From positions 448,001 through 512,000 of the forward strand of contig CAXXMV010000002.1 of the NCBI GenBank assembly GCA_963662285.2: a stretch of 64,000 bases of DNA. The letters are read 5' to 3'. Source of the stretch: a bacterium. Its GTDB lineage: Bacteria > Hinthialibacterota > Hinthialibacteria > Hinthialibacterales > Hinthialibacteraceae. The notes under the pieces are model-generated. The model saw only the letters and a list, made by a program, of their open reading frames with translations. It was not told where the DNA came from and did no database searches. This document shows, one piece after another, positions 60,908-64,000 of this stretch. The position numbers and the translations under genes were made by a program. Numbering within the stretch: the first letter of the stretch is position 1; every line of letters starts with the position of its first letter.

Positions 60908-63832
60908 ATGCTGTATCGGACTACACTTATTGTTGCTTTTTGCGTTTTTTTCTTTTGCGGGCAGTTGTCTTATAGCGCTATAGAACTTATTGACCAACCG
61001 GAGAAACCCGCTCATATTGTCGGAACGATTTATACAATCGCTCAACAATCTCCTATCATCGAGCATGTCACTGGTTGGGGTTCATATTTGTATTTATCGG
61101 TGCGCTATTTGAATGGAGATCAGAAACTAGAAGTATGGGATGTGCGTGATCCGGCCCATCCGGTCTTAAGCGATTCTCTGGATTTTGGCAATCTCGTTTC
61201 TCAACCCACCAATCATTGGAAATTCCCCAGCGTCAATGTATTTGATGATAAAATTGTAGTCCGGTCAAATTTCCAGGATTATGTTTACTATCATGCGCCG
61301 GATGGACAACTAATCCTATCAGGTTCTCATGATTTTGCGGCTTCCATAGGTGAAATAAAGAACAACGAAGAATCTCTTTTTATGAGTTCTGCGTCCAGTT
61401 ATGGTACATTTTTTGGCCGATTATTTGATCCTGGTGACGTATTGCCTGAAGAAGAATATGGATACTTAATTCTTAATTTCACCAATCCGGAAAATCCGTT
61501 TGTATCCACTCTCGTTCCCCCGAGTTCTAAAGAAATTATGCAGCAACAGTTTGGCGGTCACCTGACCGGTTCATTAGAAAATAATCCCGCTGTTATTCAT
61601 ACTAATGGAAACCAGATTTCGATTAACGCCCGCAAAGTTAAAGCTGATAGCCACATCGATATCTTTTGGGAACCGCATCTACCAGAAATTTTCAATATGG
61701 AAACCCTGGACCGCACTGTGCGTTCCCAGATCGACCATATTGTCGGACAACAATCGTCTATCGAACTGCTTTCTAGCGTAATAGACCAATTTTTCGATTC
61801 CCTTGAGATCGAAGATTCGCTAACTATAGAAGATTCCATTCTCCGTGGTTACCAGCAAAATGCTGAACTGGCATCCATTTTTGAGGATTATGACATTGAC
61901 TTGGATCAAAGCGTACGGGTTGCAATAGAAAAGGTTATTTCCTTTCACATGACGCTTGATCTGGAAAAAGAGTTATCCAAAGAATTATTCGGTCCGGTAT
62001 TATCGAATTGGACTGATAATCTATTTATTTTGTCTACCAACGGCACGCGGGATGACCTGAAAACCTCAATAACCAGTATCCTGAACGATGGACTATCAAA
62101 AGAGACCGTCGCCCGTTTTATTCTGGATAAATTTATTGCGCCCTATGTCGATGTTCCCGATTGGATGTATTGGACTATGGATGACATAGTTGACCAGATT
62201 GTTAATTCTGTACCGGGAGAAATAATTAGCGCAAGTATCTATGCAGCAAATCAAATGCTTAACGCTGATGGATTTCTAGAATTTGCATTAAGTCTCGTCC
62301 CGCCAGCAGAAAAATTCTATTTACCAGCGGGTTTTCCTGAAGATTGCCGGGATGTATTGGAATACGCCTTTTACGAATATGGGGCCAAATTGGATCGCGA
62401 AGGTCTCGCTTTTATGGAAATGTTTAAGTTCTATGAGTATTACAACGGCAACGAGAACTACTTGGATTTCAACCAGGAATTTGCCGACGCCGTGGCATAT
62501 ATACAGGATAATTTATCCGATTCAGTAGTGGAAACTATTGAACCTTTCATGTCCTCTTTATCCTTCATCGGGGATATCCAGGAGCGCCTGGAAGCATTTG
62601 CCAGTGGGTTTTCTTGCAAAGAAACTATTTCATTAGCCATTCGGGATGCGGTTATAGCCCGGCTGGTTGATGCCGAAATCAATGTTGATATGTCTCTTCG
62701 CGATGTGTTGAAAGAACATAGTTTATACCTCGACTGGGCGGATATTAGTGGAGATGCAAGCGGTGGTATAGCCCAAGTAAATGATTTCATTCAGGTATTA
62801 CAGGACGATTTGAATGAATCGCAGACCTCTATCCGCTCTCTGTGGAATGAAGGCAAACATTATCCCATCCGGATTGAAGAAGCTTGCCGCAAGGTCCTTG
62901 CGGAATCTTTAGAAGAAGCCTGGGGAGAATTGGATCTCGATAATCCTATGATAACATCTCTTAGGGGATTTCTTGGCAATCATGTGGATTACCGCTGGAC
63001 CTTCGGGCAAGGTATGGATGACCTAATGAAAGATTTCGCTTTTAGTTGCTTAAGCGAGTATCCCCCCTTTCTAGATAACCTTGGCCTTTTCAAGCGAGCG
63101 CAAGATGGAGATGTAATTGCGAGATGGCAGATTACTTTCCAGATTGCTAAAACCATTGCTGCTTCAAATCCATTTACTGAGGATAAAGCAATTAGTTATG
63201 AAATCATCGAGACAGCGCTCGAAGAGGCCTATGAGAAAGCCATTACCAATATTATTAAAGCTTTACTCATGGAGTTTGCCCAGGTTATGATGGGTGATAT
63301 GTTCGGAAGTTTTTCAACATGGGCTACCCGGACAGACCCCATATCTATGACCTTTGACGCCGCAGAACTTACTTCGTTAGATTCAGTGAGAAACGAATCC
63401 TTTGTATGGAAAAAGCAAGCCGGATTAGTCGCTAGAGAATCATGGGATTACTTACATGCTCGCAAACTATCTCTGACCCTGTTCAATCCCGATAATCCCA
63501 TTGAAAGCAAGCAGGAAATTATCTTTGATGGATGGGGCGGCGTTGATTATATTCATTTCCATCAGGGTAATGTTCTCGTCTGTGGTTCAATGTACGAAGG
63601 ATACGGCGTCTGGCCTACCGCCATGCTAGCGTCAATTTCCAAAGACCGTGTTGAGATTAACCGACTTCGGGCTTTCGGACTCGCTTCCTCCGAAGGCTTG
63701 ACCAGCGTCAACCATAACGCCCACCTGGTGTTTTACGGACCAGCGGGAATATTTCTGGTAACCAACCCGCTAACCGTATCTCCTGCGCAACAAATACCCG
63801 ATACGGGTATTTGTGACTGGATGTGTTACTAA
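60908..63832 (+). CDS. Large secreted unknown protein with LVIVD-like beta segments and a helical core; C-terminal WxxY motif
   Basis: Signal peptide; YLYL…LEVWDVRDPAHPVL; ends TGICDWMCY; RBS ggagg. Confidence 0.8.
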   Translation: MLYRTTLIVAFCVFFFCGQLSYSAIELIDQPEKPAHIVGTIYTIAQQSPIIEHVTGWGSYLYLSVRYLNGDQKLEVWDVRDPAHPVLSDSLDFGNLVSQPTNHWKFPSVNVFDDKIVVRSNFQDYVYYHAPDGQLILSGSHDFAASIGEIKNNEESLFMSSASSYGTFFGRLFDPGDVLPEEEYGYLILNFTNPENPFVSTLVPPSSKEIMQQQFGGHLTGSLENNPAVIHTNGNQISINARKVKADSHIDIFWEPHLPEIFNMETLDRTVRSQIDHIVGQQSSIELLSSVIDQFFDSLEIEDSLTIEDSILRGYQQNAELASIFEDYDIDLDQSVRVAIEKVISFHMTLDLEKELSKELFGPVLSNWTDNLFILSTNGTRDDLKTSITSILNDGLSKETVARFILDKFIAPYVDVPDWMYWTMDDIVDQIVNSVPGEIISASIYAANQMLNADGFLEFALSLVPPAEKFYLPAGFPEDCRDVLEYAFYEYGAKLDREGLAFMEMFKFYEYYNGNENYLDFNQEFADAVAYIQDNLSDSVVETIEPFMSSLSFIGDIQERLEAFASGFSCKETISLAIRDAVIARLVDAEINVDMSLRDVLKEHSLYLDWADISGDASGGIAQVNDFIQVLQDDLNESQTSIRSLWNEGKHYPIRIEEACRKVLAESLEEAWGELDLDNPMITSLRGFLGNHVDYRWTFGQGMDDLMKDFAFSCLSEYPPFLDNLGLFKRAQDGDVIARWQITFQIAKTIAASNPFTEDKAISYEIIETALEEAYEKAITNIIKALLMEFAQVMMGDMFGSFSTWATRTDPISMTFDAAELTSLDSVRNESFVWKKQAGLVARESWDYLHARKLSLTLFNPDNPIESKQEIIFDGWGGVDYIHFHQGNVLVCGSMYEGYGVWPTAMLASISKDRVEINRLRAFGLASSEGLTSVNHNAHLVFYGPAGIFLVTNPLTVSPAQQIPDTGICDWMCY

Positions 63833-63876
63833 ATCAGTTATTAACAAGATATAATCGTTTATTAACGCGTTAAGTA

Positions 63877-63911
63877 TTCGAAAAAGCCAATCTTTATCTG
63901 GCTTTTTCGAA
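63877..63911 (+). terminator. Probable intrinsic terminator
   Basis: ttcgaaaaagcca…tggctttttcgaa. Confidence 0.65.
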
Positions 63912-64000
63912 ACGCGAATAAGAATGTTATTATGCCTGACGCGCTAGACGAAATTTTGCCTGCACAAAATAGGAATAGCAACCTAAATATTGCTCATCGT

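Noticed and set aside
63932-64000. Open frame from ATG 63932 running off the window end
   Set aside because: Too short to assess and lacks a clear RBS

Overview
Bacterial chromosomal window with about 48 CDSs and AT-rich intergenic regions. No rRNA, tRNA, CRISPR array or transposase was found. Housekeeping and metabolic genes include galT-like, hemD, hpf-pta-ackA, glgC, PGI/PMI, thiC with a TPP riboswitch, rlpA, rsbW-like, gmd and wzm. Accessory content includes a three-gene radical SAM operon, a GT4/GNAT/deacetylase/flippase-like envelope cluster and a multidomain GH29 fucosidase. Candidate conflict modules are a STAND-like ATPase plus TPR-array pair, a tandem GTPase pair, a stand-alone MAD3/MAD4-like ATPase/TOPRIM-like pair and hicBA. 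The most striking signal is that three unrelated exported proteins (CotH kinase, double periplasmic-binding-fold protein, 974-aa unknown) all end in the same 9-residue motif, [VT]-[ASG]-[VI]-x-[ND]-W-x-[LC]-Y-COOH. This is a candidate short C-terminal sorting signal, and a PorU-like C25 peptidase in the same window is a possible processing enzyme. A perfect sigma28 promoter precedes the DUF5610-like gene. Family assignments come from motif recognition by eye, not from database searches.
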